A model generated the notes under the pieces. That model was not told the DNA's origin and did no database searches. It worked only from the letters and a program-made list of their open reading frames with translations. A DNA stretch of 64,000 nt from an uncultured Candidatus Binatia bacterium (lineage in GTDB: Bacteria > Desulfobacterota > Binatia > HRBIN30 > CADEER01), in the NCBI GenBank assembly GCA_965216585.1, contig CBDCGC010000002.1, positions 342,459-406,458 of the forward strand, given 5' to 3'. Shown here piece after piece: positions 17,961-27,280 of this stretch (the stretch's first letter is position 1; each line of letters starts with the position of its first letter). The position numbers and the translations under genes were made by a program.

Positions 17961-18614
17961 ATGGATGCCCCGGCCGTCATCCCGCTCTTTCCGCTACCCA
18001 ACGTCGTCCTCTTCCCCTCCGTGTCGCTGCCGCTGCACATCTTCGAGCCGCGCTACCGGGAGATGGTGCGCGACCTCGAAGAGGCAGAGGTTCCGCTGGT
18101 CGGCATGACTTTGATGCGCGGCCCCGGCGACGCCGCCTCGACCGATCCCCTGCCCGGTGCCGAGGCGATCCATCACACAGGTTGTGCCGGGCTGCTGCTG
18201 CAGACCGAGGCGCTGGCCGACGGTCGCTCGAACATCCTCTTGCGCGGCGAGCGCGAGTTCACCATCGACGGGGAGGTCGCCGGCAAGTCCTATCGGCAAG
18301 CGCGCGTGCGCTGGAGCGTCGCACCGGAAGATCGCCTCGACAGCGAGGCGCGCGCGACCTTGATCGACTCGGTCAAACGAACTCTCGACGAGGCCGGCCG
18401 GCAGAGCGTCGATTCCGTTCTCGCCGGTGATGCGCTGTCGGACGAAGCCCTGATCAACTTTTTCGCCGCGGCGCTCGATCTGACGGTGATCGAAAAGCAG
18501 GCCCTTCTCGAGAGTCGATCGGTGTGCCCGCGCGCCACCCGTCTCGCCGAGATTCTCGAGTTTCGCGTCAAAGAAAACAGCGCCGGCGGCAGTAGCGGCG
18601 GCTGGCTGCAATGA
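17961..18614 (+). CDS. Stand-alone LON peptidase substrate-binding domain protein
   Basis: IPLFPLPNVVLFP...LPLHIFEPRYREM, EKQALLE. Confidence 0.9.
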   Translation: MDAPAVIPLFPLPNVVLFPSVSLPLHIFEPRYREMVRDLEEAEVPLVGMTLMRGPGDAASTDPLPGAEAIHHTGCAGLLLQTEALADGRSNILLRGEREFTIDGEVAGKSYRQARVRWSVAPEDRLDSEARATLIDSVKRTLDEAGRQSVDSVLAGDALSDEALINFFAAALDLTVIEKQALLESRSVCPRATRLAEILEFRVKENSAGGSSGGWLQ

Positions 18615-18818
18615 AAGCCCCCAGCGGGCCGGCGCCGACGCTCGTCGAAAGTCGAAGGAGCGGCCAATAGCGCTGCCAAATCGGGCCGTTGGCCGCCTGC
18701 GGACCGCAGCCAAGGCTTCACCCACCTTGATTCTTGGGGCTTGGCTCGGGATAGTATTTGGCTATTCCTCTTGCCCTGCACGGGCACCCATGACGGCCAA
18801 AGGAAGCGCCTACGCCTG

Positions 18819-19424
18819 ATGAAACGCCGCAGTGAAATGACCTTGTTGGAGAAGCTGTACGTCGGCGAGATCGTTCGCGGATTGATGGTCACCTGCTACC
18901 GTTTCTGGCGCAATCTTTCCCTCCATGCCCTGCACGCCGTCGGGTTGTTCAAGGACGTCAGTGCGGCGGTGACGACGCAGTACCCCGACGAATACAAATC
19001 GTATCCCGACAACTACCGCGGTTCGCATCGCCTGACGCTGAAGGAAGACGGCGCTGTGCGTTGCACGGCGTGCTTTCTCTGTGCCACGGCGTGCCCGGCC
19101 AACTGTATCTTCATCGAGGCCGGCGAGCACCCGGATCCCGAGGTGGAGAAGTTCCCCCTGCGCTACGAGATCGACACCCTGCGCTGCATCTACTGCGGCA
19201 TGTGCGTCGAGGCGTGCCCGTGCGATGCGATCCGCATGGACACGTACGTTCACCCGAAGATCTGGGGTTTCAACCGCGCCGACTTCGTCGAAACCAAGAC
19301 GACGCTGATGGGGCGCTCGGAGACGCTTGCCGAACGCGGCCGGGACGCGCTGATGGAAGACCTGATCGATGGCTACAAGGAAGAAGAAGAGGAAGTCTGG
19401 CAGCGCATCGAGGGCGGGGCCTGA
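18819..19424 (+). CDS. nuoI: NuoI-like 2x[4Fe-4S] complex I subunit family protein (orphan)
   Basis: TTQYPDE, YRGSHRL, CTACFLCATACP, CIYCGMCVEACP. Confidence 0.8.
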   Translation: MKRRSEMTLLEKLYVGEIVRGLMVTCYRFWRNLSLHALHAVGLFKDVSAAVTTQYPDEYKSYPDNYRGSHRLTLKEDGAVRCTACFLCATACPANCIFIEAGEHPDPEVEKFPLRYEIDTLRCIYCGMCVEACPCDAIRMDTYVHPKIWGFNRADFVETKTTLMGRSETLAERGRDALMEDLIDGYKEEEEEVWQRIEGGA

Positions 19425-19425
19425 G

Positions 19426-19662
19426 ATGGGCAAGGTGACGATCTTTCTCATGCTGGCGTCCTCTCTGGTCGTGATGATCACGTTCGGCAAGGGAATGAGT
19501 ATTCTGCGTGGAGGCGATGTAGGCTCTCACCTCTACTGGGCCGGTGCCTCGCTGGTGGCGGTCTTGGGTGCGAACACGATGGCCATCTTCCATGCGGCTC
19601 AGAGTGACCGGATCATTCGCGTGCTGCGTCGCGAAGGTGAGGGTGGCCGTGTTGGAGAGTAG
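19426..19662 (+). CDS. Small two-TM hypothetical membrane protein
   Basis: ATG 1 nt after the nuoI stop; two hydrophobic segments. Confidence 0.65.
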   Translation: MGKVTIFLMLASSLVVMITFGKGMSILRGGDVGSHLYWAGASLVAVLGANTMAIFHAAQSDRIIRVLRREGEGGRVGE

Positions 19663-19698
19663 CCCTCTGCGCAGCGAGTGAGAAAGCGAGGACGCGAT

Positions 19699-20898
19699 AT
19701 GGCCAAGACGTTCAAGGAATTGATGGACGAAGCCCGTGCCGGAGTTCCCGAGTGGGCGCCGGAGCAGGTCGAAAAGACGCTTTCCAACGGCGGGAATTTC
19801 AAGGTCCTCGACGTGCGTGAAAAAGAGGAGTTTCGCGACGGTCACTTGCCTGGCGCTCTATCCGTACCGCGCGGCTTTCTCGACATGCAGGTCGAAGAGG
19901 TGGTGCCCGACAAGTCGACGCCACTGATTCTCTACTGCGCCGGCGGTACGCGGTCGCTGCTCGCCGGGCGGACGCTGCGCGAAATGGGCTACGAAAACGT
20001 CGTGTCGATGTCGGGCGGCTACGGCGGCTGGAAGGGTGCCGGTCACGACTGGGTGCAGGACTTTCAGTTCACGCCGGAGCAACTCAAGCGCTACAGCCGT
20101 CACTTCATCCTTCCGGAAGTCGGTGAGGAGGGACAGGCCAAGCTCCTGCAGGCCAAGGTGCTGCTCATCGGTGCCGGAGGGCTGGGCTCACCTGCGGCCT
20201 ACTACCTGGCGGCGGCGGGAGTCGGCACGCTCGGCATCGTCGACGACGACGTCGTCGACATGAGCAACCTGCAGCGGCAAATCCTCCACACCAACGAGCG
20301 GGTAGGTGTACCCAAGGTCGAATCGGCGCGCGACACGATCAACGGCTTGAACCCCGACGTCAACGTCGAGATGTACCAAACCCGCGTTTCGTCGGCGAAC
20401 ATCCTCGACATCATCAAGGATTACGATATCGTCCTCGACGGCTGCGACAACTTTCCGACCCGCTATCTGGTCAACGACGCCTGCTTCATGACCGGCAAGC
20501 CGAACGTCCACGGCAGCATCTTTCAGTTCGAGGGCCAGGCGTCGGTCTTCTATCCGGGTCGCGGCCCTTGCTACCGATGCTTGTTTCCCGAGCCACCGCC
20601 GCCGGGTGCGGCACCGAGTTGCCAGGAGGCCGGTGTGCTCGGTGTCTTGCCGGGCCTGGTCGGCAGCGTGCAAGCGCTCGAGGCGATCAAGATCATTCTC
20701 GAGGTCGGCAAGCCGCTGATCGGTCGTATGATGTACTTCGATACGTTGAGCATGGAGCTGCGCATTCACCGCCTGCGGCAGGACCCTGAGTGCCCGCTGT
20801 GCGGTGAGAAACCGACGGTCACCGAGCTCATCGACTACGAAGAGTTCTGCGGGCTGCGCGCCCCGGAGCCGGGTGGCATCCAGGCACATCCGGCTTGA
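19699..20898 (+). CDS. moeB: Rhodanese-MoeB/ThiF fusion (sulfur-carrier adenylyltransferase)
   Basis: N-terminal rhodanese YCAGGTRS; RYSRH, GAGGLG, SNLQRQ, CYRC, CPLC. Confidence 0.92.
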   Translation: MAKTFKELMDEARAGVPEWAPEQVEKTLSNGGNFKVLDVREKEEFRDGHLPGALSVPRGFLDMQVEEVVPDKSTPLILYCAGGTRSLLAGRTLREMGYENVVSMSGGYGGWKGAGHDWVQDFQFTPEQLKRYSRHFILPEVGEEGQAKLLQAKVLLIGAGGLGSPAAYYLAAAGVGTLGIVDDDVVDMSNLQRQILHTNERVGVPKVESARDTINGLNPDVNVEMYQTRVSSANILDIIKDYDIVLDGCDNFPTRYLVNDACFMTGKPNVHGSIFQFEGQASVFYPGRGPCYRCLFPEPPPPGAAPSCQEAGVLGVLPGLVGSVQALEAIKIILEVGKPLIGRMMYFDTLSMELRIHRLRQDPECPLCGEKPTVTELIDYEEFCGLRAPEPGGIQAHPA

Positions 20899-20914
20899 TC
20901 GGTGCCGTGAAGCG

Positions 20915-21157
20915 ATGAAGATCAGCGTCGGACTGAACGCCTCGTTGCGCCGCTTCATTCCCGACGGGGCAGAGGGGTCGCCCTTCGCGCTCGAGGTCCC
21001 GGCCGGTGCGACGGCCGCCGAGGTCATGCAGCGTTTGGGAATTCCGGCCGACCGCACCCATGTGGTAACGGTGGACGGAACGCAGGTGGAGACCTCGACG
21101 GTCATCGCCGAGGGGCAGGAGGTGTCGTTCTTTCCGCCCCTCGCCGGCGGTCGTTGA
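20915..21157 (+). CDS. MoaD/ThiS family sulfur carrier ending GG-R
   Basis: Beta-grasp size (80 aa), C-terminus FFPPLAGGR*. Confidence 0.88.
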   Translation: MKISVGLNASLRRFIPDGAEGSPFALEVPAGATAAEVMQRLGIPADRTHVVTVDGTQVETSTVIAEGQEVSFFPPLAGGR

Positions 21158-21180
21158 CGGCGAAGCGAAACGGGGGGGAG

Positions 21181-23127
21181 ATGGCGGCGGGGCAGATCAG
21201 CTTGAAATCGACGGATGGCTTCCCTCTCGATCTGAGCGACTTTCAACACGTCGCCCTCGATCCCGGTGCGGGTCGCCTGAGTGCCGAGCAGCGCTCGGCA
21301 CTCGAGGCCAACATCGCACTCTGCCGAGATGCGATCGTTTTCTTCACTGCTGTCGGTGGTGCCAAGGGTGTCGGTGGACATACCGGGGGGGCCTACGACA
21401 CGGTGCCCGAGGCGCTGATCGCCTACGGTTTCATCCTGCATGCGCGCGCCGGTGGAACACCCGACGTCGTGCCCGTGCTCTTCGACGAGGCCGGGCATCG
21501 CGTCGCCACGCAGTATCTGATGGCCGTGCTCGATGGCGACATGGAGGCGGCGCACTTGCTTCGCTACCGCGAGCACCAGGCGCGTCTGCCCGGCCACCCG
21601 GAGCGCGGTTTGACGCCGGGCGTGCACTTTTCTTCGGGCCGGCTCGGTCACTTGTGGCCCTTCCTCAACGGCGTTGCGATGGCCGAGGCGGCGAAGGTGG
21701 TCTTTTGTCTCGGCTCGGACGGTTCGCAGATGGAAGGCAACAGCGCCGAGGCGGCGCGCCTCGCGGTGGCCCAGGGGTTGAACGTCAAAGTGCTCATCGA
21801 CGACAACGACGTCACCATCGCAGGTCATCCCTCCGACTATCTGCCCGGCTTCGATTTAGCGGCGACGCTGGCCGGGCACGGCGTTACGGTCGACTGCGGT
21901 GACGGTGAGGACCTCGACGGGCTCTTCGCGCGGATGTGCAAAGCGGCGACGACGCCCGGACCCTATGCCCTGCTCAACCGGCGCAAGATGTGTGTCGGCA
22001 TCGAGGGGGTGGAGGGGACGACCGGCGGCCACGACGTCATCAAGAAGGACGCCGCCCTCGTCTACCTGCGAGCGCGTGGGCGCAGTGCCGCGGCCGACTA
22101 TCTCGAAGAGGTCGGCAAAGGCGCTGCGCGGCCGCCGTCGCGTGGCACCGAGGGCGCGGCGGCCAATCGCTCGCTCTTCGGTACGTATCTCTGCGAGATC
22201 CTCGGACGCATGTCAGAGGAGGAGCGCCTGGCTTCGGTGCGCGTCTTCGACAGCGATCTCGAGGGTTCGTGCGGACTCGGCCCGGTGCGCAAGGAATTTC
22301 CGGAGATCTTCGTGCGCGGTGGAATCATGGAGCGCGGCAACTTCTCGGCCGCCGCCGGGTTCGGTTACGAGGCGGGCCGGCAGGGGATCATGGGGACGTT
22401 CTCGGCGTTTCTGGAGATGTTCCTCTCCGAGCTGACCATGGCGCGCCTCAACCGCGCCAACGTCCTCGCCCATCTATCGCACTCAGGCGTCGACGACATG
22501 GCCGACAACACCTGTCACTTCGGCATCAACAACCTCTTCGCCGACAACGGCCTGCCGGACGATGGCAAGGATGCGACGCGCCTCTATTTTCCCGCCGACC
22601 AGCATCAGTTCAAGGCGTGTTTGAACCGCATCTTCGGCGATCCGGGATGTCGCTTCTTGTTTTCGACACGCTCGACGGTGCCCGACATTCTCGACGACGA
22701 CGGCGCGCCCTTCTTTGCCGGCGACTATTCCTTCGAGCCCGGCCGCGACGACGTGATTCGCAGTGGCAGTGCCGGCTACGTCGTCTCGTTTGGCGAGACA
22801 CTGCATCGCGCGCTCGACGCCGTCATCGGCCTGCGCGAAGCGGGCGTCGACGTCGGCTTGGTCAACAAGGCGACGCTCAACGCCTACGACGAAGAGATGA
22901 TGACTCGCCTGGTCGCTGCGCCTGTGGTTCTCGTCGCCGAAGGGTTCAACGTCAAGACCGGACTCGGCTCGCGCTTCGGCACCGAGTTGCTCGAGCGCGG
23001 GTTTCGCGGGTCCTACGGCCATATCGGCACCAACCGCGAAGGTGCCGGCGGTCTGTGGCAGCAGATGGCCTCGCAGGGGATCGACTCGGCCGGCATCGCC
23101 GCCGCGGTGCGCCGCCTGATCGCCTGA
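21181..23127 (+). CDS. Divergent transketolase-like ThDP enzyme
   Basis: GGHTGG, LPGHPE, SGRLGH, ThDP motif GSDGSQMEG...DDND, DSDLEGS, GIMERG. Confidence 0.8.
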   Translation: MAAGQISLKSTDGFPLDLSDFQHVALDPGAGRLSAEQRSALEANIALCRDAIVFFTAVGGAKGVGGHTGGAYDTVPEALIAYGFILHARAGGTPDVVPVLFDEAGHRVATQYLMAVLDGDMEAAHLLRYREHQARLPGHPERGLTPGVHFSSGRLGHLWPFLNGVAMAEAAKVVFCLGSDGSQMEGNSAEAARLAVAQGLNVKVLIDDNDVTIAGHPSDYLPGFDLAATLAGHGVTVDCGDGEDLDGLFARMCKAATTPGPYALLNRRKMCVGIEGVEGTTGGHDVIKKDAALVYLRARGRSAAADYLEEVGKGAARPPSRGTEGAAANRSLFGTYLCEILGRMSEEERLASVRVFDSDLEGSCGLGPVRKEFPEIFVRGGIMERGNFSAAAGFGYEAGRQGIMGTFSAFLEMFLSELTMARLNRANVLAHLSHSGVDDMADNTCHFGINNLFADNGLPDDGKDATRLYFPADQHQFKACLNRIFGDPGCRFLFSTRSTVPDILDDDGAPFFAGDYSFEPGRDDVIRSGSAGYVVSFGETLHRALDAVIGLREAGVDVGLVNKATLNAYDEEMMTRLVAAPVVLVAEGFNVKTGLGSRFGTELLERGFRGSYGHIGTNREGAGGLWQQMASQGIDSAGIAAAVRRLIA

Positions 23128-23133
23128 CAGCTT

Positions 23134-23709
23134 CTACTGTTTGCGGTAGGTAGCGGCCGAGACGTCCCAGCCGCGCTCGCTCGCCTTGCGGGCGAAGGAC
23201 GTCGTGGTCAGAAGCTCCGGTGCGGTGGTCTCGGGCACCAACCCCGGCTCCTCGGCGAAGATGCGCTGAGCCAGGGCGAAGTACTCGTCGACGTCGGTGA
23301 GGAAGTCGATGGTCGCGCCCTGCCGCATCGTGCGGTGCAGCTCGGCGACGAGCTCTCGCTTGATCAGACGCCGGCGGTGATGGCGGCGCTTCCACCACGG
23401 GTCGGGAAACTGGATGTGGAAGCGATCGACGCAGGCGTCGGGGAGGATGGCGAGAACGTACTCCGCCGGCGCGCAGACGATGCGGGCATTCGGCAACGCC
23501 CTCGTCTCGATGCGTTTGCGCACCAGGCTGGCGCGCGCCCCGTCCTGCTCGATGGCGAAGAAGTTCCAAGAAGGTTCGGCCCGCGCCGCCGCCTCGAGAA
23601 ACTCACCGCGTCCCGGCCCGATCTCGACGGCGACGGGGTGGTCGTTGCCGAAAACGTCCGCCCAGAAAGTCGGCGTGAGCACCCACTGGGGCGCGAAGCG
23701 AACCCTCAT
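23134..23709 (-). CDS. trmB: tRNA (guanine-N7) methyltransferase
   Basis: VEIGPGRGEF, FPDPWWKRRHHRRRL, TD, TSFARK. Confidence 0.92.
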   Translation of the reverse strand: MRVRFAPQWVLTPTFWADVFGNDHPVAVEIGPGRGEFLEAAARAEPSWNFFAIEQDGARASLVRKRIETRALPNARIVCAPAEYVLAILPDACVDRFHIQFPDPWWKRRHHRRRLIKRELVAELHRTMRQGATIDFLTDVDEYFALAQRIFAEEPGLVPETTAPELLTTTSFARKASERGWDVSAATYRKQ

Positions 23710-24437
23710 TTGAGCAGACGTCCTCCATCGACCGGCAGTGCGACGCCGGTGAGGTAGTCATTTTCGACCAGGAAGGCGACGGCCGCGGCAATGGAGTCGG
23801 CACTGCCTTCGCGCCCGAGCAGGGTGTTGGCGAGCTCGCGTTGGCGTTCCGCCTCCGGATAGTCGGGCGGAAAGAGCACCGGGCCGGGCAGCACCGTGTT
23901 GACGCGCACGGCCGGCGCCAGCTCGCGCGCCAGGTGTCGGGCATGGTGGAGGACGCAGCTCTTCGACACCGAATAGGGAATGTAGTCGGACCACGGACGG
24001 ATGGCGGCGACGTCGGCAAAGGCGATGATGACGCCGCTGCCGCGCTCTACCATTTGCGGGCCGATCAGCTCGGCGGGAACCCGAAAGGTAGCGAAGTTGC
24101 CGCGCATCATGTCGTCCCAGTCGCGCGCCACGACCGAGTCGGGCGGCGTGCGGCGAAAGACGCCGGCGCAGGCGACCCAGACGTCGGGGTTTCCCATCTC
24201 CGCCCCGAGCCGTTCCGCCATGCGCTGCACGTCGGCGCCGTCGGCGGCATCGGCGTGCAGCGCCAGCGCTCGTACGCCGAGCGCTTCGATCTCCGCCGCG
24301 GTGCGCTCTGCCGCCTCGGCCGAGGAGCGATAGCTAATCGCCACGTGCGCGCCGCGCCGCGCCAGCTCCAGCGCTACCGCCCGCCCCAGGCGATGCGCCC
24401 CACCAGTCACCAGAGCTACTTTGTCACGCAGGTCCAC
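23706..24437 (-). CDS. SDR oxidoreductase, pteridine reductase/FolM-like
   Basis: TGGAHRLG (GxxxRxG), YSVSK, LAPAVRVN. Confidence 0.85.
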   Translation of the reverse strand: MDLRDKVALVTGGAHRLGRAVALELARRGAHVAISYRSSAEAAERTAAEIEALGVRALALHADAADGADVQRMAERLGAEMGNPDVWVACAGVFRRTPPDSVVARDWDDMMRGNFATFRVPAELIGPQMVERGSGVIIAFADVAAIRPWSDYIPYSVSKSCVLHHARHLARELAPAVRVNTVLPGPVLFPPDYPEAERQRELANTLLGREGSADSIAAAVAFLVENDYLTGVALPVDGGRLLK

Positions 24438-24579
24438 TGAGTCGCCGAGATCGTTCCGTCACATCGACGCCAACTCCAGGGTGAAGGGCTTCGGGCAACC
24501 CCATCTTCAGCCAATCGGAGCGGCCAAATAAAGATGATTGGAACCTGCCCCGAAAGCAAAGGGGGTTGCAGCGGGCAGC

Positions 24580-25515
24580 TCACAGGCCGCCGCGAACGGC
24601 GCGAACGCCTTGACTGGAGCCTTTCCAGTAGTTCATGACACTAGCGTTGATCGGGCCGAAGAGCTTGGCCATGTTGTTGTCGAAGGAGAGGTAGGTGGTG
24701 GATGTCCAATACGTCGACAACGTGTCGGTGCAGGAACAGCCAGGTAGAGTGATGTCGGTACAGCCCGTGCAGGTTGCGGGTTGATGGAAGATGGGATGCA
24801 CGGCGGGGAGATGTTCGAAGTCGGCGATGCTTTGGATCTCCTTTGCGTTGGGAATCCTCCAGTCGGTGTAGCCCGCAAATCCGCTATTGAGAGCGGCTAG
24901 GAAGACGGAGGCGATGGTTCCGTCCATCGCCCCGGTGCCGTTGTCGCAATCGTTGTTGTCGTCGTCGTCGATACACCAGGTGTAGAGGTTGTCGAAGTCG
25001 TGGATGCCGCCTGAATTGTCTTTCTTTTCCCACATCAGACCCGTGTTGTTGTCGGTGATGGTTCCGTCGCCGTTGTCGGTGAATGACATCGGTGCACCGG
25101 CCTGTACGTTTCCGTCGCTGTTCGCGCCGTACGACGTAGTCTGGCCCGATGCCGGAAACGCACCACAAAACGGAATACCACGGCCGAGCAGAGCTCCGGC
25201 GATGGTATCGAAGTTGGTGCTCAGCACTTCCAGCATGTCCTTGTCGCTGATCGAATCGACGCAAGTCCCGCCATACTTCTTTGTCGTCTTTTCCGTCGTC
25301 TGCCACGCGGCGAGCAGCGTATCGACGCACTTCGAGTAGTCCGGATACTTGCCGTTCCCAATCGAAGTCGCTTCGGCCATCGCCCGGCAGAGCGCGTACT
25401 CGCCGGCGATCTCGTGCTTTCTCGCCCGACACCAATCTTCCGCCGACAGGCCGAACACCGGCGCGATCAGAAAATGTCCCAACAGTCCCAGCATCGCGAT
25501 TCGCATGAGTTGCAT
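24580..25515 (-). CDS. Secreted DUF1566 (Lcl C-terminal) domain protein
   Basis: AGGAGG RBS, signal peptide, FTDNGDGTITDNNTGLMWEKK, GYTDWRIPNAKE, YWTST, VRAVRGG. Confidence 0.85.
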   Translation of the reverse strand: MQLMRIAMLGLLGHFLIAPVFGLSAEDWCRARKHEIAGEYALCRAMAEATSIGNGKYPDYSKCVDTLLAAWQTTEKTTKKYGGTCVDSISDKDMLEVLSTNFDTIAGALLGRGIPFCGAFPASGQTTSYGANSDGNVQAGAPMSFTDNGDGTITDNNTGLMWEKKDNSGGIHDFDNLYTWCIDDDDNNDCDNGTGAMDGTIASVFLAALNSGFAGYTDWRIPNAKEIQSIADFEHLPAVHPIFHQPATCTGCTDITLPGCSCTDTLSTYWTSTTYLSFDNNMAKLFGPINASVMNYWKGSSQGVRAVRGGL

Positions 25516-25932
25516 GAGTCCTCCTTTTTCGTACGCACCAGCGCCAAAGTTGCGAGATCGAGGAACGCAATTCGCGGGCCAAAGCGACCCAGGACGGACC
25601 GTCACAGTGCGTGCAGCGTGAGAACCCAACACTGTTAACCCGACACAGCAGCACGGGTTTGTCAGTGCCCCCGAAACCCCGCGTGGTGCTGGCCAACTCG
25701 TGATTCGCGCAGGGGAATTTCTGATCGTCAACGAGTGTATACAGCCGCTCAGTGTGTTTAGCACCGAGCAGAGTTCAAATGCGGGTCGGACCAATGCAAC
25801 TCGTTGAGAACGTTTGGCTCTGTTGCGATTCCTGGACCATTTTCGTCGTTGCGGGCGCCGTTTCGCCCTCGGAATCGCTGCCGTAGGCGGGCCCTTCCTC
25901 GCGGACGAAGAGATGTCATCGGCTCGGGGGAC

Positions 25933-27090
25933 TCACCTTTGCTTGGGCAAGAGGTCGCCTCTCCACAGCTCTTCGAGGAAGACTTTCCACGGGTAGATCG
26001 TGATCTCGTCGTCGGTGATGCGTTTCTCGGCGTCGCGGGAAACCACTGCGTAGGCCGCGACCGCTCCCTCTTCCTTCAGCTTTCGCAGGTGTTTCAGATC
26101 GCGCTCTTTGACCAGGGTCGTCGATTTGATCTCCACCGCGAGGCGGTCGCCGACGACGAGGTCGACCTCCATCTGGGACGTGGTGCGCCAGTAGGTCAGG
26201 TCGAGGAAGTGTCTCGAGTAGCTGTTCCAGGCTCGCACTTCCAGAATCACGAAATGCTCGAAGGCAGCTCCGAAGAGCTCGCTTCCGGGCGACACTACGC
26301 CGCGGCGGCACAAGTGCTTGGTGATGCCGATGTCGCACAGATAGTGCTTCGATCGCGACACGGTTTTCCTCCGCCGGCCGCGTTTGAACGGCGGCAGGGA
26401 GAATCCGAGCAGCGTGTCTGACAGGATCTCGACGTAGCCCTTCAGCGTTCCGGGAGAGACGCCGCAATCGCTGGCCAGGGAGTGGTAGTTGATCTCTTGT
26501 CCGTTGGCGAGGCCGATCGCGTCGAGGAACGCCGAGAACGCCGGCAGGTTACGGGTGAGTGCCTCCGCCTGGATCTCCTCCTGGAGATAGGTTCCCACAT
26601 ACGCACGAAGCTCTTCTTCCGGCTCGGCCGACTGGTAGACGACGGGCAATCCGCCGCGGTTGAGGACCTGGTCCAATTCGAAGTCCGGGATTTCCGCATA
26701 GACCAGCGGAAAAAGATCGGCCCGCCATGCGCGGCCGGCGAGCATGTTGGCGGCTCCCCGCCGGAGCTTGCGCGCGCTGCTGCCGGTCAGGAGAAAGGTC
26801 GTGCCGCGCTCTTCCATCACGCGGTGGACTTCATCCAGCAGGGAGGGCAGTTTCTGTACCTCGTCGACGACGACGATCTCGTCGCGACCGAGACCGCGCG
26901 CAACCTCCGCCAGGAGGCGGGGGCGGGCGAGCAGGTCTCGGTAGGTCTCTGCGTCGAGCAAGTCGAAGAGCCGGTGCGGGCCGAGCTCCTCGCGAACCAA
27001 GCTGGTTTTCCCGACCGATCGGGGACCGAAGAGGAAGAACGACTTCTTGCGTAGCAGCTCTGCCAGATTCAGTTGCCGCCGGAGATACAT
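25933..27090 (-). CDS. AAA_14 ATPase with C-terminal DUF4143 / PD-(D/E)xK-like domain
   Basis: GPRSVGKT, VVDEVQ, LTGSS, GGLP, FEHFV, YWRT...EVDLV...AVEIK. Confidence 0.9.
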   Translation of the reverse strand: MYLRRQLNLAELLRKKSFFLFGPRSVGKTSLVREELGPHRLFDLLDAETYRDLLARPRLLAEVARGLGRDEIVVVDEVQKLPSLLDEVHRVMEERGTTFLLTGSSARKLRRGAANMLAGRAWRADLFPLVYAEIPDFELDQVLNRGGLPVVYQSAEPEEELRAYVGTYLQEEIQAEALTRNLPAFSAFLDAIGLANGQEINYHSLASDCGVSPGTLKGYVEILSDTLLGFSLPPFKRGRRRKTVSRSKHYLCDIGITKHLCRRGVVSPGSELFGAAFEHFVILEVRAWNSYSRHFLDLTYWRTTSQMEVDLVVGDRLAVEIKSTTLVKERDLKHLRKLKEEGAVAAYAVVSRDAEKRITDDEITIYPWKVFLEELWRGDLLPKQR

Positions 27091-27280
27091 GGTGGGCAAT
27101 TTACCAGAAAAACGATGATTTCAACATCTCCAGTGTGGAATTTCATGAAAATCCGCAATATTATTGCTGAAACAGGGTAGATTGAGGGGGTGGCGCTTCG
27201 GGTTTGTAACGAGGTCCACACGGTTCCGGCCTTGTCGGCCGGGCGCCGGATCGCCACCGAAACCGGAGGAGTGCGTCGGT

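Noticed and set aside
25515-25930. Riboswitch (e.g. c-di-GMP) upstream of the DUF1566 gene
   Set aside because: An imperfect hairpin exists near 25630-25666, but I could not match any riboswitch consensus by eye.
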